Positions 39,763 to 55,175 of a DNA stretch of 64,000 nt are shown here, piece by piece. The stretch's first letter is position 1; each line of letters starts with the position of its first letter. Both the position numbers and the translations under genes were made by a program. The DNA comes from Octopus vulgaris. Its lineage: Eukaryota. Where the stretch lies: positions 52,142,001-52,206,000 of the forward strand of contig OX597826.1 in NCBI GenBank assembly GCA_951406725.2. The letters run 5' to 3'. The notes beneath the pieces are model-generated. The model was not told where the DNA came from. It saw only the letters and a list, made by a program, of their open reading frames with translations, and did no database searches.

Positions 39763-40840
39763 GTTGTGCATAAAACCAGTTAGGACTTTATTTATTTAAC
39801 AGCACCACACTGTTTTCTTTCACTCATGAAGCTAGGAAATGGTTGAATTCAAGTTGGTTGACACTTAAAATTCAATGGTGCTTCTATGAATGCAACAGGA
39901 ATGTCTTATCTGTAGCATCATGAAAACTATTGTAGTCAGCATGAGATTGTCAATTTCAAACTCTACTATTTTCGGAATATGGACTGTTATGACATGAATA
40001 GTGTCTAATAGGGAAGATTATGTAAGGTTGTCTTCTAATTGCCTGCTCCAGATAGACATAATCTCTGAGATTTACTTTAATCAAATGGTAGGTATATCCC
40101 ACACATTGACATTAATATTACATTTTCAAACACTACTCAGCATAGCAGTACTTTGCTGAATTTTCTTTATCTTTTCATTTGCAGTTGACTCTAAGTTAGT
40201 AAGAGAAATAAGTCTATAACTGTTCAAATAATAAAATTTCTTTTTACACATGCATGTCAGATCTGATCAAAATAGGTGAAATAAACATCACAGATGCTTT
40301 ACTCCATGTAGAAACTGCAAGAGGTATTCAGAGGTTTTGCAATCTCTTCTAAATCCATTGCAATACTAGCACATATCAGACTATGTATGAGTACTCATGT
40401 GTAAACTTACATATTTGTTCATTCAGATATGTGATGTAAATTTGAATATTTACAAATATTTCACACTTTTGTGTTCAATAAAACAAAGTATCACTAGTAG
40501 ATGGATAATTGAAAGGATTTTAAGAATATAAAACCATATGTTTTGGGTATCTGTGTCCAACTCCATGCAATCTGAAATCTTGTAGGACAGGCTTAATCCC
40601 TCACCTGTTTTAAGCCCACCTATTGGTCTTTTGGTGTCTTCAATAGACTTTCATACATTGCAAGCATCAGAGCCATATTCTTCATTGGAAGATAGCTTAC
40701 TCCCTTTAATTTTTACAGTATTAGAGGACTTAAGTAATATAAAGTCATTGAGAATTATCATGAACCCGATTAAATGATAAAGGAAAACATAATAACTGTG
40801 TTTCTTTGTGAATAGTGAATGTATGGGACACCAACATGCA

Positions 40841-41237
40841 TCATCATCATCATTGTTCGACCGTGGTCGAGACAATGGAATTTACCATGCTACGCCAGAC
40901 TTCACGGTCCATCATGGCATTACGGAGGTCCTGTTGCTGGATGCCTGTATCCCTGTAGATTACATCAGGGTAGGAGAGTGTGCGCCCTCTGGTATTGCGA
41001 GTAGATGGCTTCCAGATGAGAAGAGTAGAAATTACTTCTTTTTCAGCTCTACAACAATGTCCAGCAAACTGGACTCTCCTACCTTTCACAAGAGATGACA
41101 CAGGTGGTAGTTTCCCATATATTTGCATTTTGGTTGGATGGCGCTTCCACGAGAGATTTTGAACTCTCATAAGGAGGCAAGTGTAGGTTCCATCCAACTG
41201 CCTCTCAAGCTTCTTTGATAACGTCCAGGTTTCTGAG
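40841..41237 (-). mobile_element. 5'-truncated RTE-clade LINE
   Basis: Open frame SETWTLSKKLERQLDGTYT..RRVQFAGHC..WRSMV, (ATG)n tail, TSD CAACATGCA (40832-40, 41238-46). Confidence 0.88.
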
Positions 41238-41583
41238 CAACATGCACACACATATATATATAACCATCATCACCATCATCATCAACATCATCATCAACAT
41301 CATCATTTAACATCTATTTTCCATGCTGGCATGGGTTAGATGGTTTGACTGGAGCTGCAAGCTGGACTCCAGTCATCTGTTTTGGCTTGGTTTCTACAGC
41401 TGGATGCTCTTCTTAACACAAACTGCTTTACCGAGTATACTGGGTCTGGGTGCTTTTTACGTGTTACAAGCATGGGTGCCTTATATATATCTATATATGT
41501 GTGTATATATATATATATATAATCACGCACAAAAGGATACAATAATTTATATACATACTTACTACATATATGTGTGTATCTGT

Positions 41584-41626
<43 letters not shown>

Positions 41627-42559
41627 TGTATGAATTAGTGTTGATATTACTAAATTTTATTTTTCAGTGATAAAACATCATTTGAAATACCTTAAAGTGC
41701 ATTATCCCTCATAAATGATTAATAACGATTAGTTTTCAATATTTAATCTTCCTTTATATTTATGAAATGACATGCCTTTTTGCTTTTATAGTTTTGTTAT
41801 TACTGTTATCCTTAAAAAATTATTTACGCATCTCTGCAAAATATACAAACTTTAACTAAGAATCTAAAAAAAGGTAAATTACTTTGAAAATTACTGTTTA
41901 TAAAAATCTCTAAACTATAATCTGTTTAGCGTATTTTATTTATACATTTGTGTTTGGTGTTCATAACTATAACCCCACAGATACACAAACACAGTCATAT
42001 AACAATAGACACGCACGGACATGTATTCACAAAACACACGCACATGCACACACACATATACACACTCTCCTATGTTTCCTTTTCTTTATTATCAATATAT
42101 ATATATATATATCTGTAAATTATAATCATAATTATAAGCTTAAACTTGTAAGTGATCACAGTGTATTTGCTAAAGATAATAGTCTAATATTGGGGCATAT
42201 GGGTCATTGACAGAAAAAAAAGTGTAACACACACACGCATGTGTGTGTGTATATATGTGTATATATATCATTTATTACAAATATACTTGGTCCATATTCT
42301 TCTTCTATTCCTTCATATTGCCAGATCATTACCTTAAACTGTATTTTCATGTTCACTTTATATTTATTTATGAATTATTAAAACATGGTTTCGTTCTCAG
42401 TGATATAACCTCATTAATATTATGTCATTTTACACAATACTAATGTGTAGTCATCATTATAAATTGGTTTCATTTCAAGTCATTTCAAAATTGTTATTTC
42501 ACAAAATTATTTTAAATGTTTTTGTTCTTGATTAATATGCTTTGTACCTATCATGCATA

Positions 42560-42669
42560 AATTGTTATAGTTATTGTTGCAACTGTTATTATTGTTATTA
42601 TCATTATTATTATCATTATTATTATTATTGTTATTATTATTATTACTATTATTATTATTATTATTATCA

Positions 42670-42757
<88 letters not shown>

Positions 42758-42804
42758 CATCATTATTATCATTGTTATTGTTATTATTATTATTATTATT
42801 ATTA

Positions 42805-42893
<89 letters not shown>

Positions 42894-43189
42894 GTTATTG
42901 TTATTATTATTATTGTTATTATTATTACTATTATTATTATTATTATTATCTTCATCATCAGCATTGTTGTTATTATTATTATCATCAGCATTGTTATTAT
43001 TATTATTATTGTTGCTTTGTTTTACATGAGCTGTTTCAAGTCTCGTTCAGAGACCTCAATTAACAGCAAGTCAGTCCTTTTACTGAGGGTGTTATTTATA
43101 ATAAGCAATGATATAGTTAAAAAAACAGAAAAAAAGAAAAACAGAGACTAAATAAGATTCTGCTAAAACTTTGTATATTTACAGTTTTA

Positions 43190-43247
<58 letters not shown>

Positions 43248-43336
43248 CATTGTTATTATTATTATTATTATTATTAGTACTATTATTATTATTATTAGTA
43301 TTTTTATTATCATTATTATTATCATTATTATTATCA

Positions 43337-43367
<31 letters not shown>

Positions 43368-43414
43368 CATTTTTATTATCATCATTATTATTATTATTAT
43401 TATCATTGTTATTA

Positions 43415-43463
<49 letters not shown>

Positions 43464-43510
43464 TTGTTCTTGTTGTTGTTATTGTTATCATTATTGTTAC
43501 TGTTATTATT
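42560..43510. repeat. Two long (ATT)n arrays just upstream of the coding exon
   Basis: 42560-43010 and 43187-43510. Confidence 0.97.
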
Positions 43511-43707
43511 CTTAAATGATTGCATATATGTTGTAATATAATTCCAAAGAAATTAAGGACACTGTGTGACATTAACCTTTTTCTTTCTTCTCTTTTTTTC
43601 TTGCTTTTTTTCCTGGTTCTTCATTGGCTGCACCTTTATGCTGAATTGGATGTAAATTGAAAAAAATAAAAAAATATCCTGTGCTGCACTGAAATGAAAA
43701 CTTCAGG

Positions 43708-44574
43708 ATGCAAGATTTGAAAGATAACAATTTGATTGATGATTCCAGTACAGCAGCTCCAGAAATCATCGAAATACCATTGAGAGACTTATGCACAAAT
43801 ATTGACCTTGAAGCTCTTCGCAAACAAAATGAACCTGTTGATGGTGATGATGATTGGCCATTAACATGGCAAGAAGACTGGCTATTATCTGAACATGATG
43901 AAACTGTACCATTAAATGCTGACAACAGTTCATCACAACCACAAATCTGTCAGAGTGACTGCTCACTGTTATTAGATAGCCCCGCAAAAAGGGGTCCCAA
44001 TACACCAAGTAAAACTTCTTTGGTGGATTCAGAAACTTATAGCATGGGTGAAGTAAACTCGGCAATTGTATCGGACGAATGCAACATTGACTTTAATCTC
44101 GATGTAGAAGAAGACCAGCAAAGTGACAGGACTTTAGTATGCCCAAGGCAATCGAGTCCACGAGTTCGCTTTGCTGATAATATTATCAATGGTCGTTTAT
44201 CATGCAGTGATTTATCGTGCATGCCAGGGGAGGTCCCCAACAATGTCTACGATAGCAAGTATTGCAAACGGAAGTCGAGCTGGTGCGAGGACCGCAATAA
44301 TATCCTCGCTTCGGTTGGCTCAAAGAACACAAGAGTTCTGCCAATGAAAAATAACAAATTTAAATCTCTCATCTGGAAGCGGCCCTCGTTGCAGGATCAA
44401 CTTCTGCCCTCAATGCAAGCAGGTTTCTGCGTAGAAAATATTACAAAAGAAGAATTATTGGTGATGTGGAAGACATCAGAAATTGAGTTGACAAAGCGTT
44501 TGGAAAAAGCATTAAAAGAAAAAGCAAAACTAGAAGAAAAACTTGCTGATTTAGAATTTGGTTCTCTTGTTTAA
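43708..44574 (+). CDS. 288-aa ORF, probable terminal exon encoding an acidic disordered tail with RVxF motif, C-terminal coiled coil and PDZ-binding end
   Basis: Only long non-repetitive ORF. Candidate acceptor TTCAG|G at 43706/43707, upstream in-frame stop at 43690 and pyrimidine tract at 43575-43620. Motifs SPRVRFAD, TKEELLVMWKTSEIELTKRLEKALKEKAKLEEKL and -GSLV*; AATAAA cluster downstream. Confidence 0.75.
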   Translation: MQDLKDNNLIDDSSTAAPEIIEIPLRDLCTNIDLEALRKQNEPVDGDDDWPLTWQEDWLLSEHDETVPLNADNSSSQPQICQSDCSLLLDSPAKRGPNTPSKTSLVDSETYSMGEVNSAIVSDECNIDFNLDVEEDQQSDRTLVCPRQSSPRVRFADNIINGRLSCSDLSCMPGEVPNNVYDSKYCKRKSSWCEDRNNILASVGSKNTRVLPMKNNKFKSLIWKRPSLQDQLLPSMQAGFCVENITKEELLVMWKTSEIELTKRLEKALKEKAKLEEKLADLEFGSLV

Positions 44575-44577
44575 CAA

Positions 44578-44700
44578 AAATAAATAAATAAATAAATAAA
44601 TAAATAAAACAATAAAAAATAAAAATAAAATTAAACAATGTTAATGAATAAATAAAATAAACAAACACAAAAAAACAATGAGAACAAAGAAATAAATAAA
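44578..44700 (+). terminator. Cluster of AATAAA hexamers (possible polyadenylation signals, within an (AAAT)n repeat)
   Basis: Multiple AATAAA immediately after the stop codon. Confidence 0.3.
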
Positions 44701-45191
44701 CAAAAATAACAAAATTAACACAAAAAAGTTGACTGTATTTACATTTTTTACTTGAGAACAAAAAGAAAAAAGAAAAAAATTATATGTTGATAATTCTAGT
44801 GTAAAAGAAACAGAATTGGAAGGATTACATTGCCTATATATATATATAATATATATATATAGCATATATATGGTGATTATATATATATATATATGTACAT
44901 ATATATACTCATGCAATTCTGTGTGTATGTTTGTGAGGAGGTGAGTACATGCATAATGGTTTGGAATCAAATTCATATATGTGCTCAAGCACACTCATCC
45001 ATATTCACATATAGAAACATACATATACGTACATACATACATATATACATACACACACACATATATATACATACATACACACATACACACACATATATAT
45101 TATTATATATATGTGTGTGCATATGTATAGATATATATGAATGTATGTATATATATGTATATGTATATATATATGTATGTATATGTATGTA

Positions 45192-45237
<46 letters not shown>

Positions 45238-45296
45238 CATGCATGTATATATTTATATGCATATACATGTATATATACATATAATGTATGTATATA

Positions 45297-45329
<33 letters not shown>

Positions 45330-45471
45330 ATATATGTATGTATGTGTATATATATATATATGTATGTATATATACCTTTATATATATATGTAGATATATC
45401 TTTTTATATATGTGTACATATATATATATGTGTATATACATATATGTATATATATATGTATATATATATAA

Positions 45472-45525
<54 letters not shown>

Positions 45526-45627
45526 ATGCATGTATATGAATATATATATTGATATATATATATATATGTATTAATATATGAATATATGTATATATACATT
45601 TATATATATGTGTGTATATATATATCT

Positions 45628-45667
<40 letters not shown>

Positions 45668-46626
45668 TGGATTGCATGTACTTTTGTTAATATATTCATA
45701 CACACATACATAAATACATGTATACATAATACATGCATATACACCCACTCTCACACAGACCCACATGTGTGTGTTACAAATAAATAAATAGATAACTACA
45801 AACATATCATTTTGTATATGTGCACACATTTAAGTTTAATGTTATCATCAGATCAGCTCCATCATCTACATCATCACCATCATCATCTTCAGAATTATCA
45901 TTATCACCATGATTATCATCAAAATCATCGACTTTGTCATGCCCATCATCATCATTATCCTCATTATTATATTCACCATCAATATTTTCATCAACACTAT
46001 CTATAAAATCCAAGACATGCTGCCCACCAGTTTTGTAACTAGTTATTAACTGCTTCCTACCCTACTCACAATTTTTGTGGGGATACCATCGTTACTGTGT
46101 TCTCTAACTCTACAAAAGAAAACAAATCTTTCCAAAATTATATATTTTTTATTTTCTGTAGTTTAAATTCTGTTTGTTTCTGGTTTTGATCGTCTTTGTT
46201 CACATCAGTGTACATTAAAGAAAAATCATACAACAGAGTTTCTTAGATGAAGGTTGTTAGGGCGATTAGAATTCAGTGAGTATTCCTTGGGTTCATGGCT
46301 CTGCATATTGTTGGGTAAGATAACTGTGCTGTTAAGACAGTATCAATGTATATATTGCTTGCTGGGGAATTGTTCTAAAACTGCAAGTGATTTTATAAAT
46401 GAGAAAACGAGCATGATAATTATGATCCCATAATTAGATGGGAGAGATTTTACTATCCTAAATTTGCCTCAGTGTATGTAAGAGACTGGCTGGTCAAGTC
46501 AACAGGACACTGAATAGCTAGTCGTGAAGATGTCTGTTTGTATTCTGTCATTGGCTCCTTACAATATTTGTGGTTAAATCTATTTAGTTTTAGGTACATG
46601 CAGCTGGTTAATAAAAATTATTGCTA

Positions 46627-46709
46627 TTAGTAAGGTTTCACTATAAAATTCAAAAGCAATTTATTACATTAGCAAGGTTTCACTATAAATTTCAAAAGCA
46701 ATTTATTAC
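46627..46709. repeat. 41-bp direct tandem duplication
   Basis: ATTAG(T/C)AAGGTTTCACTATAAA(A/T)TTCAAAAGCAATTTATTAC occurs twice. Confidence 0.9.
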
Positions 46710-47057
46710 TGTAGATAAGCATTGGCTTTACTTTATTACTGCAGTCCTCAAAGAGGTTGATCTAACATCTGTAAGATAAAATGATCATTTCTTTTTTGAT
46801 TAGGAAGTTTGATTGTTTGCCATTTAGTGTTCTTAATATATATACATATCAACGTGGTGAGATGGCAGAATTGTTAGTACAATGGATAAAATAATGCTAC
46901 GTATTTTGTCAATCTTACATTCTGAGTAGAAATTCTGAAAAACGTTGAGTTTGGTTTCCATCTTCTTTGGTTTCGAGAAAATAAGTAACAATCAAGTAGT
47001 GGGAGTCAATGTAATCAAGTAGCACCTATATATATATACACACACTATATATATATG

Positions 47058-47173
<116 letters not shown>

Positions 47174-47263
47174 GGGGAAAGTAAGAAGAAAAAAAGCAAA
47201 ACTGCACATTGAATTTCAAAAAAATAAAGGCTTTTTATGAAAAGTAGTAATACATATATACAG

Positions 47264-47859
47264 TTAGATGAACTGAGGTAGAATTAAGAGGAATCAAATT
47301 CATTATTTTGAATAGTTAAAGAGATTCAAAGTCAAACCTGTATTATCATTGCTGTTCCCTAGCTTTGAATGCGCACCCATTATCAAATGGTGTTGGGTCT
47401 ACAAGTCCCTGAGTAAAAAGATTGTGGAAGGGAGGTAAGTAGTTCTAGACATGGTTCAATTAGGGTCGATATAATACTGTAATATGAATGGTGTAAGGAA
47501 TGAATGGGTGTTAGTGGTATTATTGGTAAGGTTAGTAATGTTCTGTATAATGTTGTGTTCATGTTAAGTTGTGGATGATATTTATTGATGAGAGTTGCTT
47601 CTTTATTCATTCTTTGCTGTACTGAAGTGTTCTGTGAACATTGATAGAAGGGAAAATTAGGAAATTAGATTCCTATCACACCTATCTATGTGTTCACTGA
47701 CCTGTATCTGCTTGCATTGTGGGTGGCGGAATTGTTTTTATGAAGAGTGGTTCTTTGATGGAGTGATATTCCTGTTTGGTCTATATATTGATTACCGCAC
47801 CCTAAGCAGGTAATGGCATAGATTAGGTTTTCCTCTTAATTCTACCTCAGTTCATCTAA
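47264..47859 (-). mobile_element. Penelope-like GIY-YIG fragment bounded by a 30-bp inverted repeat
   Basis: NLIYAITCLGCGNQYIDQTG...VSEHIDRC...KEATLINKYHPQLN; IR 47264-47293/47830-47859. Confidence 0.85.
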
Positions 47860-47862
47860 TTG

Positions 47863-47909
<47 letters not shown>

Positions 47910-50706
47910 ATATAGATAGATAGATAGATTCGAATGGATGAGACACTTAAGGCAAGAAATGTGAGAAATTTTCTATTGGTACTTTGAGGACTTTAGAGAA
48001 ATTATAAAACATCAAGACATTGCCAGGAATTATATAACAGTTTTCTTTCTAGTAATATGACACAACATAATCCAAAGTCTTAGTGTTCAGTAATATACAA
48101 TTTATGTTATATAATAATAGTAATGATAACAATAAAAATGTAATACTTAGTTGCAGAAAAACTGCCATTAGCAAAATTGCAAACAAAAAAAAAGAAATGG
48201 AAAAATAACAATTGTTCAGATTCAAACAAAAATTTAACATTATAGTTAGAATATAGGAGTTGATGTAAAGCAGTAATTTAACCTTCTAAATAATTTTTAT
48301 GCAGCAGAGAGAGAGAGTAGGAGGACCCTTGTAGGTTGCTTATGATATTGAGCATACCAGCAAATGTCAGGAGGACTGCCCCACCTTCTGACTAGATAAT
48401 ATTTTAAAATTGTATCTTGTAACAACAAGTATGGCATCATTGACAAATTCAGACATCAAACAGCAATAATGCAGTTCTTTCCCTGTGTCCCAGCTGGTCC
48501 TTAGATCTGCCTCTCTTGTGTTGGTCTTGTGTTGACTGTATGTACTCCTCAGGGATTTGGTGGAACTAAAGACAGATGGGCACAACATTGCTGAACTGAT
48601 GGACAGCCATAGCAGCAGCAGCAACTCCTGCAGAAATGAATATATTACATCCAGTTTCAATTCTAAGCTGTAGTCATTTCACTTCTTTAATGAATTACAA
48701 AACTGTTGACTACCAAAGTAAGGGTATAATCTGGATTCAAAGGAAACTGGCTATGCTCTTTATCAGCAATATTGACAAGCTTCTAGCTAAAGTAACAAAA
48801 CTGACCTCTCTCCCTCTCTCTCTTTCTCTCTTGCAAATGAAGAATAAAATCCCCAAACAATAGATACATTAGATTCTTTACTCTTAATGGCAAATGAATT
48901 TACCAAAGGCTTCCAGGAATTCTTCTACATCAGAAGTTGACTTAGTTCTTAAATTTTTTGGAAGGCTAAATATTTATCTCTTATGTTTATGAGTTTGGTT
49001 TAATAGTTTCTTTGTTATTATTCATGGTTTTCAGGTAATAGATGAGTTAGTAAATTAGCGTCAGACTAGACACTTTAAGATCTAGTTACATTTTGGTATC
49101 ACATTTCTTTGATCAAATCTCTGTGGAGGTGACTTTGTTTTTGCATCAAACGCACTTATTGGTTTAGTATAGTAACAAGTTGATCAACCTTCTCTTATTT
49201 AAAGATAATGTTCTTTGAAAGAAAAAAAATTGTTGTTTAGTCCCAGCTCAATGGTATTTGAGCAGACCTATAATCAAAGGCATTTCAGCTGTGACCATCT
49301 CTTTCATTTAATAGTATTTATGACTGCTTTGTCTCTTGTGCCCCACCTTTTTAAAGATAGTGTGTGATTTACTGTTTTTGTCATAACATAACCTTTCCCC
49401 AGATTTCTGTTTGCTTGATCAGACCTATGGCCCAGAAGTAACCGATCAAACATTTAAAGTCAACAATCTATTATCAAGGGTCAAACTTAACCCCTGGATT
49501 AATGTCCATGCTATGGCATGTTTGTCTTTATTATAGCCATATTTACTTGACATTTTGATTTCATGCAATGATTTTCTCATGCACTTGTGGTTCCCATTTT
49601 AAAGATAATTGTGGCTTTTATAGCAAGAAAGTTGTTACTCGTATCAAAACAATTATGTGAAGGCTCCATTTCTAGTGAGCTGTTGTCATTGTTGTTTAAC
49701 CCCCAAATAAGCCCTGATCCAGTTGCCCTATTTTAGGTTTTGTTTCTTCATATTACACTACTTGGTAGATTATGATTTCTAGCAAGTCAAACAACCATGC
49801 AGAATCTCCTGCTACTCTTTTGGAAGCACTTTTTATTATGGGATTCTTTATGCATTCTCTTTAATTACTATGTGTTTTGGTCAAAACACGTAGAATTTAC
49901 AATCTTCAGTTTAGCAGATGTTTTTAATATGAAGGGCTCCACTGGCCCCAGAATACACTTATTCAAGGGCTTTTCACCAAGAATCACAAGTAATTGTTAA
50001 ATGTTCTTGGTTTTAGCCCCAAGTAAGCCCTGATTAATCAAACGTCTAATCAAAGTATTTTTGCCATGATGAACCCATTTTATTTTTGTCAGATAGTGTA
50101 TTTAGGAGGACAATATTGTTTAACATGTCAGTCTATTTGTAAAAACAATTTGACAGGGCGTAATATGAAGGAGAGTTAGCTGTAGTTTCTAGCAGCTCAA
50201 ACAGACACGTAGAGGCTCCTTTGTCAGCTTATGTCATAGTTACCAAAAGTTGCATCTCCGGATGTCAGACAGCCAGTTGAAAGTGACAGTTCATGCCCCA
50301 TCACCTGCACTGTGCTGTAATGTCCTGTATATATCCGGGATGGAGAAGCTTAACATCAATGACCTCAGCCCCCACCTTTTATCATTACGTCAGTGCTACA
50401 CATTGAGCTTATGCCTACAAGGAGCTAGAGTACCATAAAAAATACAAATCAAATGAAACAGATCAAAAAGCAAAATAAAACAATATGATTTTTGAAAATA
50501 TTCATTTCTCTTCTTGCTTCCTTTATTATAATCACGTTAGCCAAAACATTTGAATCCCTACAATTACTACAATGGACTGAACTAATGGTTCACAGCAGCT
50601 CAGAAAATTTTTTAAATATACATATGACAAATGTAGGAGTTGCAAATATGCACAAATAACCCCAGAAAGTACTATTGAGTAATGTAAAAGAAAGGAAAGG
50701 TATATG

Positions 50707-50796
<90 letters not shown>

Positions 50797-50846
50797 AAAT
50801 ATACGCTCACATACATACAAATGTGTGCATGTGGTGTGTGTACAAA

Positions 50847-50901
<55 letters not shown>

Positions 50902-50909
50902 TATACATA

Positions 50910-50945
50910 CTGATGATATCTATTTAGACTGAAACATGTCCACGG
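50910..50945 (+). ncRNA. Minimal hammerhead motif with 5' stem I lost
   Basis: CTGATGA-ta-TCTAttTAGA-ct-GAAA-CATG-TC; palindromic ACATGT and GUC triplet. Confidence 0.6.
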
Positions 50946-51166
50946 CTGTCCTCTTAGCCAGAGAAAAATCAAACTGTCTGATTCATCAATGGTATGTTAA
51001 TTCCAGAGAACTATTGAATTTTTTAGATCATCTCCTCCTTCTCATTCAGAGCTGGTTGTAACTAGCACAAGTTTAATATTTAATACATCTTTATTGATAT
51101 TTGTTATCCAACTTAACAGCACTGTCATCTCTGCAATATTTTCTTTACTAATCTTTGTTTAATATA

Positions 51167-51213
<47 letters not shown>

Positions 51214-51788
51214 ATACACATTCACTCACACACACACACACACGCATACACACGCACACACACACATACACACACACACACATATATATATACATATGTA
51301 CTCTGCTAGTTAGTCTGGAGCACAAAAATATAATGCCAAACTAATAGCAGAAAACTATCTATTTCAATGGCTCACATTTCTGGAATCCAAATCCTTCTTA
51401 TCATCAGCCTTATCATCATCATCATTATCATCATCATCATCACTACACCACCAACACCACTGCTCCTATCAAAGTCATGGTGGTCATCATTATCGTCTTC
51501 ATCATGCACATTATTGACGTTAAAATTGTTAACATTACCATGCTATTCATAATCATTATGATGATGGTGATGATGATGCTGATGATGATAAGGAAGGGAA
51601 GGAGGAGAAGACGAAAGATAGGAGGCATCGGGATGATTGCACTAGTGTCATCAATGATTGACGTGATTGATGATGATGATGATGGCAATGATAATGTTCA
51701 TCATGATGATGGTTTTGGTAGGAGTAGTAATGATGGTGATGGCGACGATAATGATGATATGAAAATTGATAACAATGATGATGATAAC

Positions 51789-51831
<43 letters not shown>

Positions 51832-52269
51832 CGCTATGACTATTGCAATGCACCACAAACACAATCACTACTACCATTATCATCTTCATTTTCATCATCA
51901 TTTTCATCGTCATCATCATGATCATGATCATCATCATCATCATCGTGAATCAATACAGCATGAATGAAGTGATTAATGAACTGTTAGGTTTTTGTTTTTG
52001 CACTTTCTAATTTCAAAGATTCAAGTCTGTTAAAGTCGATGCTCTTTGTTGTTGTTGTTGTTGCTGTTTTTGTAGTTGTTTATGCTGCTATTGTTGCGGT
52101 TTTTCGTTATCAACATGGCTGTTAATACTGAAGCTGTTGTTTCCGTTATGTTTTCCAGGTTGAAATATTCCTTTTGTATACCAAATAAATTTAATGAACA
52201 TGCATAAACACACACACACACACATACACACATACATACATACATACATACATACATACATACATACAT

Positions 52270-52302
<33 letters not shown>

Positions 52303-52473
52303 AACACACACATAAAATGCTGATCCATATGTTAATATTGAGGATTTTCATAAATAACCGTTTTACTCTTTTAGAAATATATTTACATTGCTTGATACAT
52401 ATACACATTCATAAATACAAATATACAAACATACATATTTATACATATATATACATATAGAAACTTATGTATG

Positions 52474-52504
<31 letters not shown>

Positions 52505-53353
52505 GCATGTATGTGTATGTTTATATATGTCGACATATACCATGAGCTATAATTATTTGTGTATATGTATAGATGTTCTTCATCTTAAGTATATGCATCT
52601 AAGTTTATCACTGCATGCATATGCTTATATACACATATTTATTACACAGAACCACAAATTTTTTATGATATATACATAAATATATATCCATACATATATT
52701 ACATACATACATATACATATCCGCTCGGTGGGGTGAGGAGAAACCAGAGTTATAAATATATATATATAATTTAATTGTTCATTTTGAATTGGTAAAAGGT
52801 GGTTTATATATATATATATATTTATATATATATGTATGTATGTATGTATGTATATGTATATACACACGCACACACATGCAGAGTTATATACTACAATGCA
52901 TATTCTTTCTCCATGCATACAGTTGTAAATTTCTGTGCATGCAAAATTTATGAAAAACATCCCAAATTGTTTGTTATTTTTCTTATCAATTTTCTTAATG
53001 CTTTAATGCTTAGCCAAACTTTTCATTGATACGTTATAATAAAATATTGAGAGTGTGGTAACCTAGATTTTAGAAAATTCATAGCGCAAATCTTTAAATT
53101 GTTTCACAGTCCACATCATTCATAATAATGTAACATAAGATTGGAGAATTTTTTCAAAGTTTTGACAAACTATAATATCAGTTAATAAAGACAAGGATTG
53201 TTAATATTTATCTCACAATTTATATATACATATTCTTTTCTTTTAGAAAATATTAACAGCAATTAATTTTCCGAAATTTTCCAAAATAAACATCTTGACA
53301 ACTTGATTGTTATAAATCAATACTGTTATTGATAATTATGATAATTATTTAAT

Positions 53354-53390
<37 letters not shown>

Positions 53391-53670
53391 TTATACATAT
53401 ATAATACTTATACATATGTATATATAAAATTATACATATATATAGCTATAAAGGCATATATATATTCATATAGTTAAATACATACACACATACACACACG
53501 CACAGATATATATATATATACACATGCTCACGTATATATATTTAAATACTAATATATTTGTATTTGTGTGTACACATATTTGTACATATATAAGAAGTAT
53601 ATTTATAAAGAAGTCTGTGTATATACATAAATTGATGTATGTAACAATTTGCATTTGTTTTCCTGATTTG

Positions 53671-53715
<45 letters not shown>

Positions 53716-53884
53716 GTATGTATGTATGTATATTCATGTATATATATATATATGAATATGTATATGTTTACATATGTGTGAATATATGTATTTGTATATA
53801 TATGTGTGTGTGTATATATGTACATATATGTGTGTGTATATATATATGTATATATCTTTAATACATTTGTAATTATGTATGTAG

Positions 53885-53915
<31 letters not shown>

Positions 53916-54879
53916 TAAATATATATGCATAGATATATAAATATATGCATACATATATTTATATTCATATCTATATCTATATATCTATATAAATATATAT
54001 ATATATATACATACATAAATATATATATATATGTATGTATGTATAAATATATATATATTTGCTTATACACAATACACTCAACAACACACATAAATATGAA
54101 ATATGTTTCAACCGTTTCTTGATAATATGAAAATTAATGTTTGCAGGATAAATCCAAAAACTAACTGGGTTTTGTCTATGTACAATGTTTGACAGGAAGT
54201 ACTTTATGAACATAAGACTTTAAAATTGAAAGGAAAACTAAAAAAAAAAGAAAAAATACAAAAAAATCAAGGCAAATAAACAAGAAAAAAAAAACACCTC
54301 CTCCAGGTAGATAGCAAAGTTGAAATAAATGAAATGTTTTAAAAAATATTTACAAGGGACAATTTTTTTGGTTTGTATACTTTATATTCTTTTGATCATT
54401 ATTTCTGATGCAATTATTTTTGATTCCCAAATTCTTGCTTCCAATGAATTTGATTTTTTTTTTTTCTTCTTTTTATATTCCCATCTCTGCTGTTGAAGAA
54501 ATATTAATATTAATATAATATAAAGCTATATTAATATTAATGTTAATATTAATATTAATATAAAGATAAATGTTATTATTTATCTTTATATCTTTTATCT
54601 TTTACTTGTTTTATTCGTTGAACTGCAGTCATAGTGTGGCACGATCATGAAGAGCTCCGTTGAGCAAATTGATTCCAGTGCTAAATATTTACTTTGTATA
54701 CTACTGAACTCTATCACCAAACTGCTTGGACATGGGAACCTATTCAACCCAACACCATTGTTAAGCTGTAGTAGGAGACAAAACCAATGCAAACACATTG
54801 ACATACACTCAAACTCACAAACACACATACACATACACACACAGACAGACAGACACGCACATAATGCATACATACAGAG

Positions 54880-54952
<73 letters not shown>

Positions 54953-55050
54953 CATACATATATATATATACACATACATACACACATATATATGTGTATA
55001 TATATATATATATACATACATATATATATATACACATACATACACACATA

Positions 55051-55094
<44 letters not shown>

Positions 55095-55126
55095 CATATA
55101 TATATATACACATACATACACACATA

Positions 55127-55175
<49 letters not shown>

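Noticed and set aside
40165-40204. Pyrimidine tract + GCAG| with nearby GTAAGA (micro-exon?)
   Set aside because: 10-14 nt, not frame-preserving, with a weak donor context.
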